Notes: generated by a model not told the origin, from the sequence alone. 64,000 nucleotides of DNA from Eledone cirrhosa (GCA_964016885.1 OZ024753.1:19158001-19222000), one strand, 5' to 3'; positions 28,181 through 47,253 are shown, counted from the stretch's first letter. Numbers and translations are program-made.

Positions 28181-28857
28181 AAGGGAGATGTATTTTAATT
28201 ATGTCTCATATAAAATGATACAACTGGCTATCCGCAAAATACATATAGTTAGCACCCCAAACATAAAATTGGGATTATACTAAAGTATATCCTAATGTTT
28301 GTTGAGTGAGATGAAAGCCGGTCAGAGTATTGCTTAAAGCTTTCTCTGTTAATGTATTAAATATTATACTCTTGATTTGGCCAGAGATGAATATTTCCAG
28401 ATACATTTTAAGTGTAACTTTCCGTATATATTATTTGTATGAAATATTGATTGTTATTTTGGTATCTTAATCTCTGTTTTTAGCCTACGAAAATATCTAT
28501 AAGCGTGTATATATAATACATGCATATATTTATTTTTTTAAAATCTAATTTAGTTCTTCACACGCAAGGTTAAAATTATTGAAAGAATTAATTGACCCGC
28601 GTGCATATTATTTTCTTTTCTTATGTTTTGCGATGACCTCCCCTTTCCGCTTGATGACAGTGTGAACTTTCTCATTCTGAGACTGGTGGAATTTCAAATT
28701 TAGCGGTCATTCTGACACGGAAGGGGACAATCGCTGAACATAGGATATCGGAAAGAAATTTTTTTTTATATCGATATTTGATGGGCATCCACTGATGATT
28801 TATAAGTGCCCACCTGCATATATTCCTACGGACTATGTGTAGGCTTCTTCATAACCT

Positions 28858-28912
<55 letters not shown>

Positions 28913-29175
28913 ATAAAGTGAACTGAGAGGAAGCCAAATATGTTGAATTTCCTCAACTATTTTTTTTACAGAAGTACAAAATTTAAGAAATTCAACATAT
29001 TTGGCCTCCTATCATTTCAATTCATAATACATGTTCTCCGTACCGCCACCAGCAACATGTTTCAACATTGAAGATTGATGAGTTGCATAAAGTCGAGTGC
29101 TTTTCCCCATTTTACGTCAAGGTTAACATTGCAGAATGACCAATTCTTCCCAGCGGTAAACAACCAAATTCAAAC

Positions 29176-29210
<35 letters not shown>

Positions 29211-29285
29211 AAGTATATATATATGTATAAGTATATATATGTATAAGTATATATATATATATATGTATAAGTATATATATATATG

Positions 29286-29346
<61 letters not shown>

Positions 29347-30280
29347 GTGTGTGTGTGTGTGAAAAAGAGATTTGACTATATAATACAGCTTTGCAGACGA
29401 CCCTCTAAATTATCTGTTTGCTATTAGAAGGAAAAAACCGTATGGAATAGCAGATAATATTATCGGAAATTTTGTGAAAAGGCCGAATTGTCTGCGTTGG
29501 GGATTTAGTGCAAATACAAAGATTCTGGTTTCAATACAAGTGTCTCCTTTGTAGTGTTACATAACATTTATGTAAGTAATTGTAAACATTCAATGATTTA
29601 AACGCCGATCCGCATCCAGGAAATCATTGTAGATATACAAAACTCATAACTCTAATGTCGCCATTCATAGACCTTTCTTTGAAGGGAACAATGTATGTCG
29701 GTATCCGATTGAAATAGAAACAAAGCTTAATTCGGACATATTTGTATTAAGCTATTAAGCACTACCACAGTCATATAGATCGTTTAATGCAATATAGCTA
29801 TATAGCAATATTACAATAGTAAACTATTGTACTCCATCGCTATAGAGATAGGTAATTGCATATATCAGAAGCTAGATGCACTGGTTTGGGTGGGTTAAAT
29901 CTTACATCAATAACTTCAATACATGCATGACAACGGCATGTCTAGGCAGTGAATGACCTTGTCATGTAGATATGTTTTATACTTATTCATCACATATTCA
30001 AGTAACAGCATGTCAAAGATTGGTGAACAGAAAACGACGTCTACAAATTTAAATTGAATGAGAGGAAAACACGTTTAAAGCTATACGGGATATTGCAAAA
30101 TGGAATAATTGTATAGCTGTAATTGATCTGATTTATATATATGGCAGTGCCCCAGCATGGCCTCATGCTTTAGCATCACTCCATTAGAGTCAGTCAGACT
30201 ACAAACCTTTAGATGGAACCTCATACTTCCGAAGTGCTTACAATGTTTTAGAATTTATATATATATAAATATGAAAATAG

Positions 30281-30708
30281 GTGTAGTCGTCAGTATGTTA
30301 GTCTATAGGTACTTGGTGTGAATATAGTTGTCAGTATGTTAGTCTATAGGTACTTTAGTGTGAATGTAGTTGTCAGTATGTGTTAGTCTATAGGTACTTG
30401 CTGTGAACGTAGTTGTCAGTATGTTAGTATATAGGTACTTCAGTGTGAATGTAGTTGTTAGTAAGTTAGTCTATAGGTACTTGGTGTGAACGTAGTTGTC
30501 AGTATGTTAGTCTATAGGTACATTAGTGTGAATGTAGTTGCCAGTATGTTAGTCTATAGGTACTTTAGTGTGAATGTAGTTGTCAGTATATAAGTCTATA
30601 GGTACTTTAGTGTGAATGTAGTTGTCAGTATGTGTTAGTCTATAGGTAATTAGTGTGAATGTGGCTGTCATTATGTATGTGTTAGTCTATAGGTACTTAG
30701 TGTGAATG
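30281..30708. repeat. ~42-bp minisatellite, ~10 copies
   Basis: GTGTGAATGTAGTTGTCAGTATGTTAGTCTATAGGTACTTTA repeated without unique spacers. Confidence 0.9.
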
Positions 30709-30872
30709 CCTTTTACATTTGTCTTTGTATTACTATGTATAATTCTGTATATATAGTTTTTTCCAAAAATCCCCATTATTTATAATCCCTCAGCCAAAGT
30801 CCTCCACCCATTCCAATCTCCACATTCTCCTACCAACAGAAAACGTATAAATACCACCATAACAATAACAGT

Positions 30873-30926
30873 TGGCTTTCCTGAGGATCTACTTCGAATG
30901 AAACAGTTGTAGTTCTGTAGAAGCCA
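30873..30926 (+). ncRNA. Hammerhead motif, same family as 4092 and 10360
   Basis: tggctttc-CTGAGGA-...-GAAA-cag...ctg-TA-gaagcca; downstream CCTTACTTACTGTGGTT...CCGATTTAACCC shared with 4184 and 10240(-); stem II decayed. Confidence 0.6.
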
Positions 30927-31247
30927 TTTCTATGTTAGATATCGTATATAATTAATATATACTGAAAACCTTACTTACTGTGGTTGCACCCGATTTAACC
31001 CAGCACACACATACACACAAACTCATATATATATTGACTAGAGGAATTTTGGTAAAGTTTATATGCATTTTATCTTCAAACTTCTATTTTCTACCTAACT
31101 CCGTGTAGTTAATTATTTGTCTAGTCAATTTCTACGGGCTAAAAAAAATTGGATACATTTTATATGGCGGGATGTTTGTTTACAAACAAACCGAGCATTG
31201 AAATAAATGTTCGGTAAATCCATACGTACGCACACATACATATATAT

Positions 31248-31345
<98 letters not shown>

Positions 31346-31945
31346 CATAGTTTGGTTGAAGCATTGTACATAATATATAACGTTGAAAGAGATATAGAAG
31401 GCTGAACAATGCAACATGGACTGTAAGATGAGGTAACGAAAAGTAAAAGTTACCTAGTAATCTTTGTTTTGATGCTGCTGTTGTTGTTGTCGTTGTTGTT
31501 GTTCTTTTATCTGTCCAATATTTCGGTACCTGAAAGTCCCTCCGTCAGGCTCTAAGGAACATTCAGTGGATAACGTTTAATTTTCCTCGCGTTTTCAAGC
31601 GTTTTTCGATGTTTTCTTCATTTCCCACGTGAATGACGTCAATTGCCAATATAGTATTTCGCGAAATCAATTTACTTTTTTCTATGAGATGTTTAGTTTG
31701 TGTGCCTGTGGATTTGTCTTTTTATGTCAAGTACTGTGTACTGAGCTCCTAATATATTATTTATTTCCGGGTTGAGTTTACATATGAGCAAGGCTTCCCT
31801 AATTCTTAAGTTGCCCACATTTCTATCACTGGCTTTAATGGTAACGGTAATATGTTGGTTGATCTTTCTACAATTGCGATGTGTTTTTTGAATGAGGTAG
31901 CTCGTTCTTTAATATATATATTCATATATATATATATATATATAT

Positions 31946-32122
31946 ATAACGGAGGAAATGTGGTAAGGAACCAGGTGGACCATAACGCACCAAAGTACTC
32001 AATACTTAGGGTAGTAGAGTGGGTAATAGGAACCAGTAGTAACCCGACGGCTGAGCTCAAGCCGTTTCGACGGCTAATTCTGTCGAAACGGCTTGAGCTC
32101 AGCGGTCGGGGTCCTACTCGTT

Positions 32123-32128
<6 letters not shown>
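31946..32128. mobile_element. Fold-back 3'-terminal fragment of the HHR family seen at 39089-40588 (others at ~10517-10616, 16362-16415, 38045-38233, 50770-50908)
   Basis: Shared GTCGAAACGGCTTGAGCTCAGCCGTCGGGG and terminus GGTTCCTTACCACATTTCC..CGTTA-(TA)n. Confidence 0.8.
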
Positions 32129-32159
<31 letters not shown>

Positions 32160-32178
32160 GTGTGTGTGTGTAATATAA

Positions 32179-32252
<74 letters not shown>

Positions 32253-32558
32253 AATATATATATGCGGTGTGTGTGTGTGTATAGATGTCTATGTATATAG
32301 AAAGCGTAAGAGAAATGGAATACGAGAAAAGTGATTAGTTTAATATGTGTGATAACTAATCATATACTGTAGGATCGATGACGTTTGCTATTGCATAACC
32401 AAAAATGAGTCATTTTTTGTGCAACTTTCACTTCCAATTTCAAAATTCTAATTGCAATATAAAGCGATAGGGAGGAGGGGAAGGGGGTATTTAGCGAACA
32501 TGCAATGTGACAAATAAATAATATGACAATGTCTTAAAGCTACGATCGATATTGGGGG

Positions 32559-32590
<32 letters not shown>

Positions 32591-32597
32591 ATGTGTA

Positions 32598-33481
32598 CGA
32601 GGTGGGTCAGAAATGTTCCAGGACTGATGTCACAAAAGATTTATTTCAAACCCAAATTTCACACTAAGAGTTTTCTCCTTCAAAGTAATTCACCTGGAGT
32701 CTAATGCACTTTTTCATCCTTTTCTGCCACACTTGCATGCACTCCTGGAAGGATTGTTCCGAGATCCTCCGCAGATCGGTCACCACGGCCTTTTTGATGT
32801 CGTCCACGTCTTCAAAACAGTTCCCCTTCGGGTCGTACTCGAAGATCCATGACTCCTCACCAGTAATGACTGTCCCTATCAAGTCTGGTTCGGTTTCAAG
32901 ATGCTCGAGCATGTCCTGGCACACTTGCATGCGTCGAACCTTCTGGCCATCGTTCAGCAGTTTTGGCACCATCTTCGCGCAGACTTTCCGCATGTCCACA
33001 TTTTCAGTGAGTATCTTCCAGACGCGGTCCTGATTTATGCCCAGCTCATTTGCCATCAGTCGAACAGTCAGCCGACGATCGCTACGCACCATCTGCATGT
33101 CACGCTCAACGTTGACCTCAGTCCTGGTTGTTGAGGGCCTTCCGCTCCTGGGGTCATCTTCCACATCCTCGCGTCCTTCTTTAAACCTCTTGCACAACTC
33201 AAACACATTGTCTCATCTCCATACACTTGCTGCAGCAATCCCTGTGCTTCTGACGAAGTTTTCAAGTTTTTTCTTTGCTCTGTGCTCATTGCTTGACGAC
33301 CTGAAACAGAGGACATGTGTATAAAATTATGAAGAAAAAAGTTTGATCGCCGCAGAGAGCTAAGATTACAGTTACATAGTCCAGGGGGGATTACTTTGAA
33401 GGAGAAAACTCTTAATGTGAAGTTTGGGTTTGAAATAAATCTTTTGTAACATCAGTCCTGGAACTCTTCTGACACACCTCG
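32598..33481 (-). mobile_element. Mariner (Tc1/mariner) element, internally deleted, ~92-bp inverted termini, TA target duplication
   Basis: TA-CGAGGTG...CACCTCG-TA; peptide EDDPRSGRP, KVCAKMVPKLL, ITGEESWIFEYDP fused directly to the C-terminal region ending YFEG. Confidence 0.92.
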
Positions 33482-33765
33482 TATATATGAAAATAACAGA
33501 TTAAAGTTTAAGCAAAGAATCTCTGCTTTCACCGTTAACGGGATCTTCTAAAATTTTTTTTAAAAATCAATCTGTGGACGCAGTGGTAAATATTTCGGAA
33601 AACGTTGCAACCGAAGGAAAACAGGAAGACGATACTTTGGTTCGTGAAGACGTTCTCTGGCAATGAACGGAAAAAATAAATATCTGGTCTATGGTTTTAT
33701 GTATTTTAATATATATTTTATCCTTATCTAGCCCTCTTCGGATTTTAGTCATCACATTTATTATT

Positions 33766-33950
33766 GGTGGATTGGCAGTATCGGTAGAGGACCGGACGCC
33801 AAGCTTTGCAGCATAGAGTTACGCCCCTTTATGATCTGAGTTCATATCCCACCGCGGTTAATTTTCCCTTTCCTCCTTACAGGGTCGATAAAATAAAGCA
33901 CCAGTAATATAATGGGGTAATTGCTGGCCTTGTGGCAAAAGTAGAAACCA
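33766..33950 (+). mobile_element. SINE, Meta-like family
   Basis: Match to the 14330-14520 family. Confidence 0.7.
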
Positions 33951-34479
33951 TATATATATATATGAGAGTGTTGAAGATTGCTTGAAGCATTGTGGTATAA
34001 TAAAATTGGTCTTTTTTGAAGCCTAAACAATGCAGATGCGTAAATTTCCGGGTAACAGAAACAGGTGAGAGAGATGTAAGAGGAATTTTTTGAATGAGAC
34101 GTAGATGGTGTAGAAGAATGTAGAAAAGAGTGTAAAAATAATAACACGAGATAGTATTGCCTTGGAAGTGATTTAATTGTCCATATATTTCGGATTTCGC
34201 ATCCATCAACTTGGAGTTTCCGAGGGGAAATATTTTTTAGTCGGAGAGGGACAACACGTGGTCATGTGTTGTCCCTCTCGGACTAAAAACATATACATAT
34301 ATATATACTAGCAGAAGAACTACAGCGGGTGGTTTGTTTATTAGTATTATTGTACTATGTATACTAGTATTATTGTACTATGCATATTAGTATTATACGC
34401 AAATATATATGCATATAAGTATGATATGTAAATTGAAATGTAAATTGACAATATTTTCTTGTTCTCCCATTTATTTCTG

Positions 34480-36890
34480 ATTCGGAAAATTCCTCAAATT
34501 CGCGGCGGAATTTATCGTTACGATGGACTCTTTACTTTCTTAAATTGCAACATAGTTAACCTTTATATTATTAAGAAGAATATACGTAATCTCTTTAACC
34601 AACATAACTTAAAAATTGAATTTGATAACAACATCCAACTAGCTAATTTCTTGGATGTATCTCTTAATCTTGACACTGGCCTATATTACCCTTACCATAA
34701 AAACAATGAGAATCTAAATTATGTTAATTTTAAATCTAACCACCCCACTTATATTAAGAATGCTATAGTTAGTAATATTGGAAAAAGAATATCCAACCTA
34801 TCATCTAATAAAAACATGTTTGATGCTAACGCCAATCACTATAATAACGCGCATTCTAAAGCTGGTTATCCCGATAAAATCAAATATAGTAAAGAAACAA
34901 ATTCTAGAATATCTTACAGTAGAATAATTAATCATGATCATTCCAATAACTTTAATAAAAGACCTAGAATCAAAAACATAATCTGGTATAATGCTCCTTT
35001 CTCCATCTCTATTAATAATAATATACCTAAATTATTATTTAGTGCCTTAAATAAATGCTTCCCTCCCTCACATATCTATAGTAAAATATTTAACAAACAC
35101 ACTATAAAATGTTCCTATTCGACCTCCTCCAACATCTCCAACATTAACTCTAAACACAACAATAAAATACTAAATATTAAATCTCTTCCTTCCAACACTG
35201 AATATCATAATAATAGTAATAGTACTCCCGACGTCATTGTTAACTCTAGACTGCAAACCCAAATACAACGTCAAACGCAACTTCGTTAAATGTTCTTCAT
35301 CCCATTCTAAATCAAGAAACTATTATTCCTATCGTAAATAACTTCTCCAATCCAATTCCTTCTATATTCCTAACACTAGGTCACTTGTTAATAACTCTGT
35401 TAATTTCTCTAATCGCTATTGTAATTGCCCTGTTAAAAATAAATCTCCTCTCAACAACCATTGTCTTGAAAAAAAACTTAATCTACGAATATAAAGTTAT
35501 AACTGACACCAATTCCTTTACCTATTTTGGCTCCACTTCCACCTCCTTTAAAGCTCGTCTTCATAATCATCATTTGTCTTTTAAATACCAACCTAAAAGA
35601 ACCAACGCGGCACTCTCAGAACTCATATGGTCCTTGAAAGACAAAAATATTAACTATAACATCTCTTGGAGGAAGGTTTGTTCTGCTTCTCCATACTTGA
35701 ATGCTTCTCTATCCAAGACATGTAATCTCTGTTTATGTGAGAAATTTACCATTATATCTAATTTAGATTCTATAATAAATAGACGCACTTACTTGTTTTC
35801 TCTCTGCTTGCATAAATTCCACAGAATATTCCATAAAGTATACAGCTAATATCTAATACTTTACCAATTTAAAATCCTTTTCTCAAAGGCACATATATAT
35901 ATACATATATATTTCTTTTAAAATATACCCATCTTTCTACCTTATTTGAATGTTATTTATTATACATTATATAATACTAGTTACTCATTCTATATCACTC
36001 CTATTTATCACTTCTCTTTCTTTCTTTTTTTCCTTTTTTCTTTTAATTTCTAACCTCTAATCTGTACCTTTTCTTCCTAAATACTTCTCAATTCTCATTA
36101 TTACTCACCACAATATATCCTTACTCTTTTAAATGCATTATAACATCACCTTGAAAAATCTTTCGTAAACATAAACATTTTTTGACGTTAGATTATACAT
36201 CCTCAATTAATTTTTTTTTTCTCCCTTTCATGCTCATCTAACTTATACATATTACACATATTCATCCACTCTTCTACTTCTTTTCACAATATATCCTTAA
36301 TTACATTATATTTTTTTAAATAATACATATCAACAATTTCTTTCCATCGCACATATTATTAAACCCTTAAATATTTTTCTTAATACATATTAACAATTTC
36401 TTTTCGTCGCACATATTATTAAACCCTACAATATACAAACCTTAATTTAACATTATTCTGAAATTTTTCTCTTCGTTAATTTTCAAATTCTTTTAATTAT
36501 ATAATATCTTACAACGGTTTTTTAACCTCTATATGTAAAACAATATATTTTTCTCAGTTATAAAAGTTCTCTCTCTCTCTCTATCACCAATCTCTCCTCC
36601 TATCTCATCCGTCCTTATTATAGTCCTCCCCCTCCATTCTTTACTCTCATTTCCTCCTCTTTTTCATCATTTCAACCCCGCCCTCAATTGTTTTTCCCAA
36701 TGTCACACATCAATCTAAAACTACTTTTCATATGTTGATCTAAAACTGCACTATTCACAAGTGTTTTTTAACCTTCATATCATGTCTCCCTATTTTATCT
36801 GACGAAAACGCAAATGTCATCGCATGATGATATTTGTTTTTGAAATGCGCATAATAAAATACATGGAACTTTTTTACCATCTTTTGATCT
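34480..36890 (+). mobile_element. Hydra-like PLE, 5'-truncated and decayed, with 3' UTR HHR
   Basis: GGIYRYDG, NFLDVSL, SNHP, IIWYNAPFS, CNC..., LIYEY...YFGST, CNLCLCEK; homologous to ORF 464..2194. Confidence 0.85.
36791..36861 (+). ncRNA. Type I hammerhead ribozyme
   Basis: tattttat-CTGACGA-aaacgcaaatgtcatc-gcat-gatgatatttgttttt-GAAA-tgcgca-TA-ataaaata; 8-bp stem I, long stem II, palindromic stem III. Confidence 0.88.
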
Positions 36891-36892
36891 TA

Positions 36893-36921
<29 letters not shown>

Positions 36922-36924
<3 letters not shown>

Positions 36925-37112
36925 TTATTTCGTTTCTGAAAACGTGTGTTGAAACTGATAATGTTATACTTTGGGAGGGTCATATTACCAATAAGAAACT
37001 CCAGAACCATATGCTTTCACTCCAATTCATTATACATTTAATTTATAATAAATTGGAGTGAAAGCAACTGCTGCGTGTGTTTCTTATTGGCAACAGGACC
37101 CTCCCAAAGTAT

Positions 37113-37120
<8 letters not shown>
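36922..37120. repeat. Fold-back fragment of another repeat family (related copy ~62933-63070)
   Basis: TTATACTTTGGGAGGGTC...GCTTTCACTCCAATT / AATTGGAGTGAAAGC...GACCCTCCCAAAGTATAA. Confidence 0.75.
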
Positions 37121-37180
<60 letters not shown>

Positions 37181-37182
<2 letters not shown>

Positions 37183-37775
37183 TAGGGGGGGAAATCACAG
37201 AACAGTGTGTTTTTCTGTACAGGAATTTCACCCCACGAGCGTGAAGAGAATATAAGCTAATAGAGGCATAGGAAAAACATTAAAATTAAAAGTATAGATT
37301 AAAATGAGAAACCAACCTTATACCTAGATCACACATGTACACACTCACCAGGAGATTGTTTCGCCATTTAACTGGGTTCCCATTCGGCCCTGTGGGTCAT
37401 CAGTAGGTGGAGAGACCGACATTGTTGGCACTACTAGAGAGAGAGAGAACTAAAGTAAACTACCTCTAGCACGTGTAGATATAAGAGAAATGCGTGCGCG
37501 GGGCAGTAATCGGTGGCATGAACAGAACAAGCTGCTAGAGATGGCAGCCTATACTATTCAATTTATGGTGCTCAGCAGCAGAGAGAGCGCAAGGAGCAAA
37601 TATGAAGTAAAATAACGGAGCAAATGACTCGCGTATAATCCTGTAATTAAATGAGCTAAAAAAAAGAGTTTTCCTCGGCACTTTAAATACAATATATAGA
37701 GGGGAGTGTCACAGGGGAGTGTGATTTCTTTACAAGAATTTCAAACCACTAGTCTGAAGAGAATATAAGCCATTA
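37181..37775 (-). repeat. ~514-bp unit plus partial second unit with a degenerate hammerhead (37346-37409)
   Basis: 37181-37258 resembles 37695-37771; minus strand CTGATGA-ccca...tggc-GAAA-caatc-TC. Confidence 0.55.
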
Positions 37776-37788
37776 ATATATATATATA

Positions 37789-38047
<259 letters not shown>

Positions 38048-38229
38048 CGAAGGAAAAGTGGTAAGGAACCAGGTGGACCATAACGCACCAAAGTACTCAA
38101 TACTTGAGGTAGTATAGTGGGTAATAGGAACCAGTAAGACACCGACAGCTGAGCTCAAGCCGTCTCGACGGCTAAATCGGCGAATTAGCCGTCGAAACGG
38201 CTTGAGCTCAGCTGTCGGGGTCTTATTGG

Positions 38230-38361
<132 letters not shown>

Positions 38362-38736
38362 CTGTCTGTGAATCAATAATCTCCTGGCAGATTACATCCA
38401 GCTGACCATAATATGGTTAAATATTCCATGTTTACTGAACGAGTGTGTTGACAGGAGATAATTGCCAGATCTTGAAATCACCGGGATGTATTGGTGGTTA
38501 CATACACACTCAAGGGTTATCTAGATCCTCCACCATCTTTAGTGTCCAGGTATTTCAGGGTGGGGGAGTTGCTGATACATCAGTATGCTCAAATCTTAAC
38601 GATACCATGTAATTCAATATAATGCAGTTCTCGTAAAGATGTCATATTCCAAAATAACAAAGACAATTCACCGTTTTACAGAGGAGGATATATAATTTTG
38701 ACTGTGAAATGATTGATATATATATATATATAATAT

Positions 38737-38770
<34 letters not shown>

Positions 38771-38810
38771 GTGTATTTTATATATAGAGGGGAAAGTCAC
38801 AGGGGAGTGT

Positions 38811-38856
<46 letters not shown>

Positions 38857-38859
<3 letters not shown>

Positions 38860-39073
38860 GAATTCCAACTTAGTCTGATATACTCGTTTTATTTACAATC
38901 CTTTAAAATTTATAATGGTATTATAATGAAATAGTATGATAGAATATTAAATGTTAAATGTTAATTGAACAAGTACTTTCATGCTTTCGCAATCTTCAGG
39001 TTCATAATGTGTGGTACAGTCAAGTTTGCAATTTTCAACTGACAGTTGAAAATTGCAAACTTGACTGTCACCA
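38857..39073 (-). mobile_element. Solo fold-back fragment of the Neptune pseudo-LTR with HHR (38966-39004)
   Basis: Matches 17424-17608; palindrome centred near 39042. Confidence 0.85.
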
Positions 39074-39088
39074 TATATATATATATAT

Positions 39089-43203
<4,115 letters not shown>

Positions 43204-43225
43204 ATGTATACATACATATATATAT

Positions 43226-43279
<54 letters not shown>

Positions 43280-43453
43280 ATGAATTATTTTACAATGGAA
43301 TCAGCTCGAAGGAGGAAAAATACCCCCTGAGCAGTGTATAAATTAATATGTATGTGATGAAACACAGATACCAACACACCTGTATATATATTGCAAAAGA
43401 ATTTGCAATATATATACAGATGTGTTTCATCACATACATATTAATTTATATTA

Positions 43454-43502
<49 letters not shown>

Positions 43503-43816
43503 TATAAATATATATATATACATATATATATAGAGAGATAGATAGATAGATATGTTTCTTTTATTTGCCACTAGGGCATCAACAGTGGGACAAGTACAAA
43601 GGGGGGAGTTTACACAAAAAGGCGTCCTCAATAAGGAGGAGGCAATAACAACATATAAAAATAAAATAAGATATAACAAAAAATAAAATTTATAACAAAA
43701 TCCTCAATAGAGAGGAGGCGCCTTGGGGGGTCGCACACAACCCCGAAAAAAGTGTGCAACCCTTCTCCTCAGGAGCACAGAGAAGGGGTGCTCCCTTGGT
43801 CTTTCATCTTCCTCAC

Positions 43817-46800
43817 CTATAGTTTGATGTAGAGTGAAGGCCCATTCACACGGGCCATTCTCGCCACTTTCACCCATCTTTCATAGAAACGGCTGGGGTG
43901 CAGCACCTCTCTCTCCATCCTGATCCTTCTTCCGAAATGATATCGGAAGAAACGGACCAGTTGTTGGCCAGAGAGAAAGGTGCCTGACCTCAGTCCTTTC
44001 AGACGCGTCCACCATACAACCTCTTTCGCCATGGCTATTACGCACAGAAACACCGCCTCTGCTTCATCTTTGAAGGGGGGAGGCGGCTTGATCATTACAA
44101 TAGACTCGGTGGTCAACCGGATCGGTCCCACCCTTGACAGCAGTTGTTCGACATAGCCCCACAGATCGGGTACGCCCGAGCAGTGTACCAATGCGTGTGC
44201 AACGGTTTCCACGTCGCACACGCATCTGGGACAGATCTTTTTGGCGGGGTCCCTACTCGGGCGCCCGTGACTGTAGAGCCTTTCTCGAACGGGTAAAGCC
44301 CCTCGGTAGCACTGCCAGGCCAGGGACTTCTGGAAGTTGTCCATAGGTCCCGGGCTGAATTTCCTACCGAACAGGCTGGCCAGTTCGTCCTCCTCCATGT
44401 CTAGGGCTTCTCCGAGGGCGTCGTCGCACGTGCTGCGTACCAGCCCTCTATAGAATGTTGCGGTGGAGTCTCCACTGATAACCTGATCCGCCTGCCAGAG
44501 GGCGGTGAGCGCCTGGGCACACTCAGTGTGCCAGGCGCCCAGTTTTCTCGGTCTTTGCTTGACCCAGGATTGCAGCTCGGTGAGTGATACGAGTCTGGGA
44601 AAGGTTCGTCTCACAAACGAGGCCCACACCGGTTGTCCGGTGAGGAATACGTAGAGGTGCCGTAGCCTTAATGCGTGTTTACGCATCATTAGCCACGGCA
44701 TCCCCAGCCCTCGTTTTGAAGGGTGTTGACAGCAGATGGATCTCCTCACCATAGGAGCCCGCCTCTTCCAAAGGAATTGGAAGAGCGCGCGCTCCATCTT
44801 GGTGAGGGTTTCCCTTGGGCAGGGCACTACGGTCAGGCGGTAGTAGATGACGGACGCTATGTACGTGTTCGCCACCTCCGCCCGAGCTTTCAGGGATAGT
44901 TTGCAACTGGCTCACTTCTGGGTCAGTGCAAACACCCTGTTCGTAACCTCCGCCCAGTTTTTCTCCACCTGGAGGTCCGGTCCGAACCAGACCCCGAGCA
45001 ACTTCACCAGGCCCTCCGTCCAGCGTCCGACGACGCCATCGGAGGGCATCGGTCTGCCCCTCCACGTGCCGATTTGCAAACCGATCGACTTGTCCCGGTT
45101 CAGCTTAGCCCATGTGAACATTTCGTACTCCTCCAGTAAGGTGCCGACCGCCTCGATTTCAGAGGCCGTCGACACCATTACTGTCACGTCATCGGCGTAG
45201 GCTGACACCGCTTCCGCAATCCCGGTTCCAAAGGGATGCCCTGCAACAACTCCAACTTCCGCAGTAGTGGCTCGAGAGTCAACACATACAGAAGGGAGGA
45301 GAGAGGGCACCCTTGTCGGATGGACCGCGCGATTTTGAACGGCTCCGAGAGGTAGCCGTTCACCTTGACCCTAGAGCAGATGCGGCTGCTGTGCATAGCA
45401 GTGATCCAGCACCTGAAAACGGGTCCGAAGCCTGCCGCCGCTAGCACCGCATCCAGGTAACCATGGTCGACCCTATCGAACGCCTTAGATTGATCCAAGT
45501 TGATCAGAGCCCCACCAAAGCCGGGTTCGTTCCCAACCCTCTCTATGATGTATCGCATGAGGTGGAGGTTGTCATGGATGGACCTGGACGGGATAGCGCA
45601 TGTCTGCGCATCTCCCACCAGGTTGCCCACGACAAGCGCCAACCTCTTTGCTAGCACCTTGGCCAAAATCTGTAACTCTGTATTTAGCAGAGTTATGGGC
45701 CTGAAGTTACTTATTTCGTCCCCCTTGTTCTCGTCCTTCCTCACTAGCGTGACTACGCCCTTGGTCAAAGTACAGGGAATTCTCCCGTTCTGTTGCCAGT
45801 TGCAGTAGACCGCCTCGAGGAGATCGGGGAACAAGTCCGGCATAGCTAGATATAATTCGTAAGGAAGACCATCGAGACCCGGGGATTTGCGTTTGCCGCA
45901 TTGGCTCAGCACGACCTCTATCTCAGCGGCCGAAATCGGCTCCTCGCAGGACTTCGCCTCCCTGTCCGAGAGGCGCGGCAGGCCGTCGAGGTATGGACCG
46001 AAGTCCACGTTCCCAACCGGCTCCCCGCCCCTCCCGAACAGTCGGGCAAAGTGCCTTTGAAAGGCCTCACACATCTGCTTAGGCTCAAGAATCGCCCGTC
46101 CATCCAGGTCTCGCAAAGACCAGATGGTGGATTTAGTTCCACTGTTGGCCTCTGTCACGCGGGCCCAGCTAACAGCTTTGGTCCCCTCGTTCCCTAGAGC
46201 ACGTATTTTACTTCGGACAACGCAGCCTTCGTGCTTCGCGTCGAAAAACTGGCTCAAAGCCGTTCTCGACGCTAGCACTCTGGCCACGTCGCCGCTTCTA
46301 ATTACCTCTTCTACTCTATCTATTAGCTCCATTTCCTTCCTATTCCTATCCGCAGCTAGAACCTTACTAAATTCTATCGAGACTACTCTAATCTCTCTCT
46401 TTAGAGATACCCACCACCTGCTGTTGACGATCGCTCCAGTCAACCGTTCCTTAACTAACGTACTAATCCAATTCCTGTAGGCTCTACTTGCCGGCAAGGA
46501 CAAGTTGAGCTTCCAGTAACCGGGGCCCTGTCTATGAGTTCTGTCAAGGTTGACCATGCAGGTCACTAATTTGTGGTCTGAATAGCCAACCATGCGCATT
46601 TTTGGACAACTTAAAAATTCCTTATCCTTAATTCTAACTAAGACCCTATCTAGGTACGACCTAGATGATCCGCTACGATTTGCCCAAGTCCAGGTTGGCG
46701 CAGTCGGAAAATCTAGTCGATATCTATCGGCCAGGTCAAATCGACCGATTAACCCTTTGAGGATATTACACCCCTCTCTATCGGGGCAGGCCCCTACGTA

Positions 46801-47253
46801 GTCCCAGCGTGCATCCAGGATACCATTCCAGTCCCCCACTAATACCAAGGAGCGGGACGTCCCCAGAAAAGTCTCCAGACGATGGAAGAAGTCCGGCCGC
46901 ATTGACCCGAAAGGGCCGTAGGCGGCTACCAACCTAAACGCTCCGCCTTTACCACTGCCAAGGTCCAGAACCACTAGTCGACCCTCCGGGTCCAAATGTA
47001 CCATCTGTGTTGCGAGACCCAGATGTTTTTGCAGCAAAACGACAACTCCACCCCCACCTCCGGGCTGACAGAGAGATGCGTGCATCTCAAAGTCATCAAA
47101 GGTGGGGGCCAGCTGTCGCACGTTGCTGATCCGGGCCTCGCAAATAACCATCACATCTATACGTTGTGACCTGAGGTCATTTAGAAGCATTGCTTGCTTC
47201 CAAGTTGAGCCCAGGCCACGCGCATTTAAACAGCCTACTCTTAGCATAGCCAT
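43817..47253 (-). pseudogene. LINE ORF2; one frameshift (~45212) and one TGA (~44912)
   Basis: 697-aa APE-RT frame, then YADD fragment and 352-aa C-terminal frame. Confidence 0.92.

Noticed and set aside
30281-30708. CRISPR-like periodicity
   Set aside because: Contiguous ~42-bp units with no unique spacers, no cas genes, eukaryotic context
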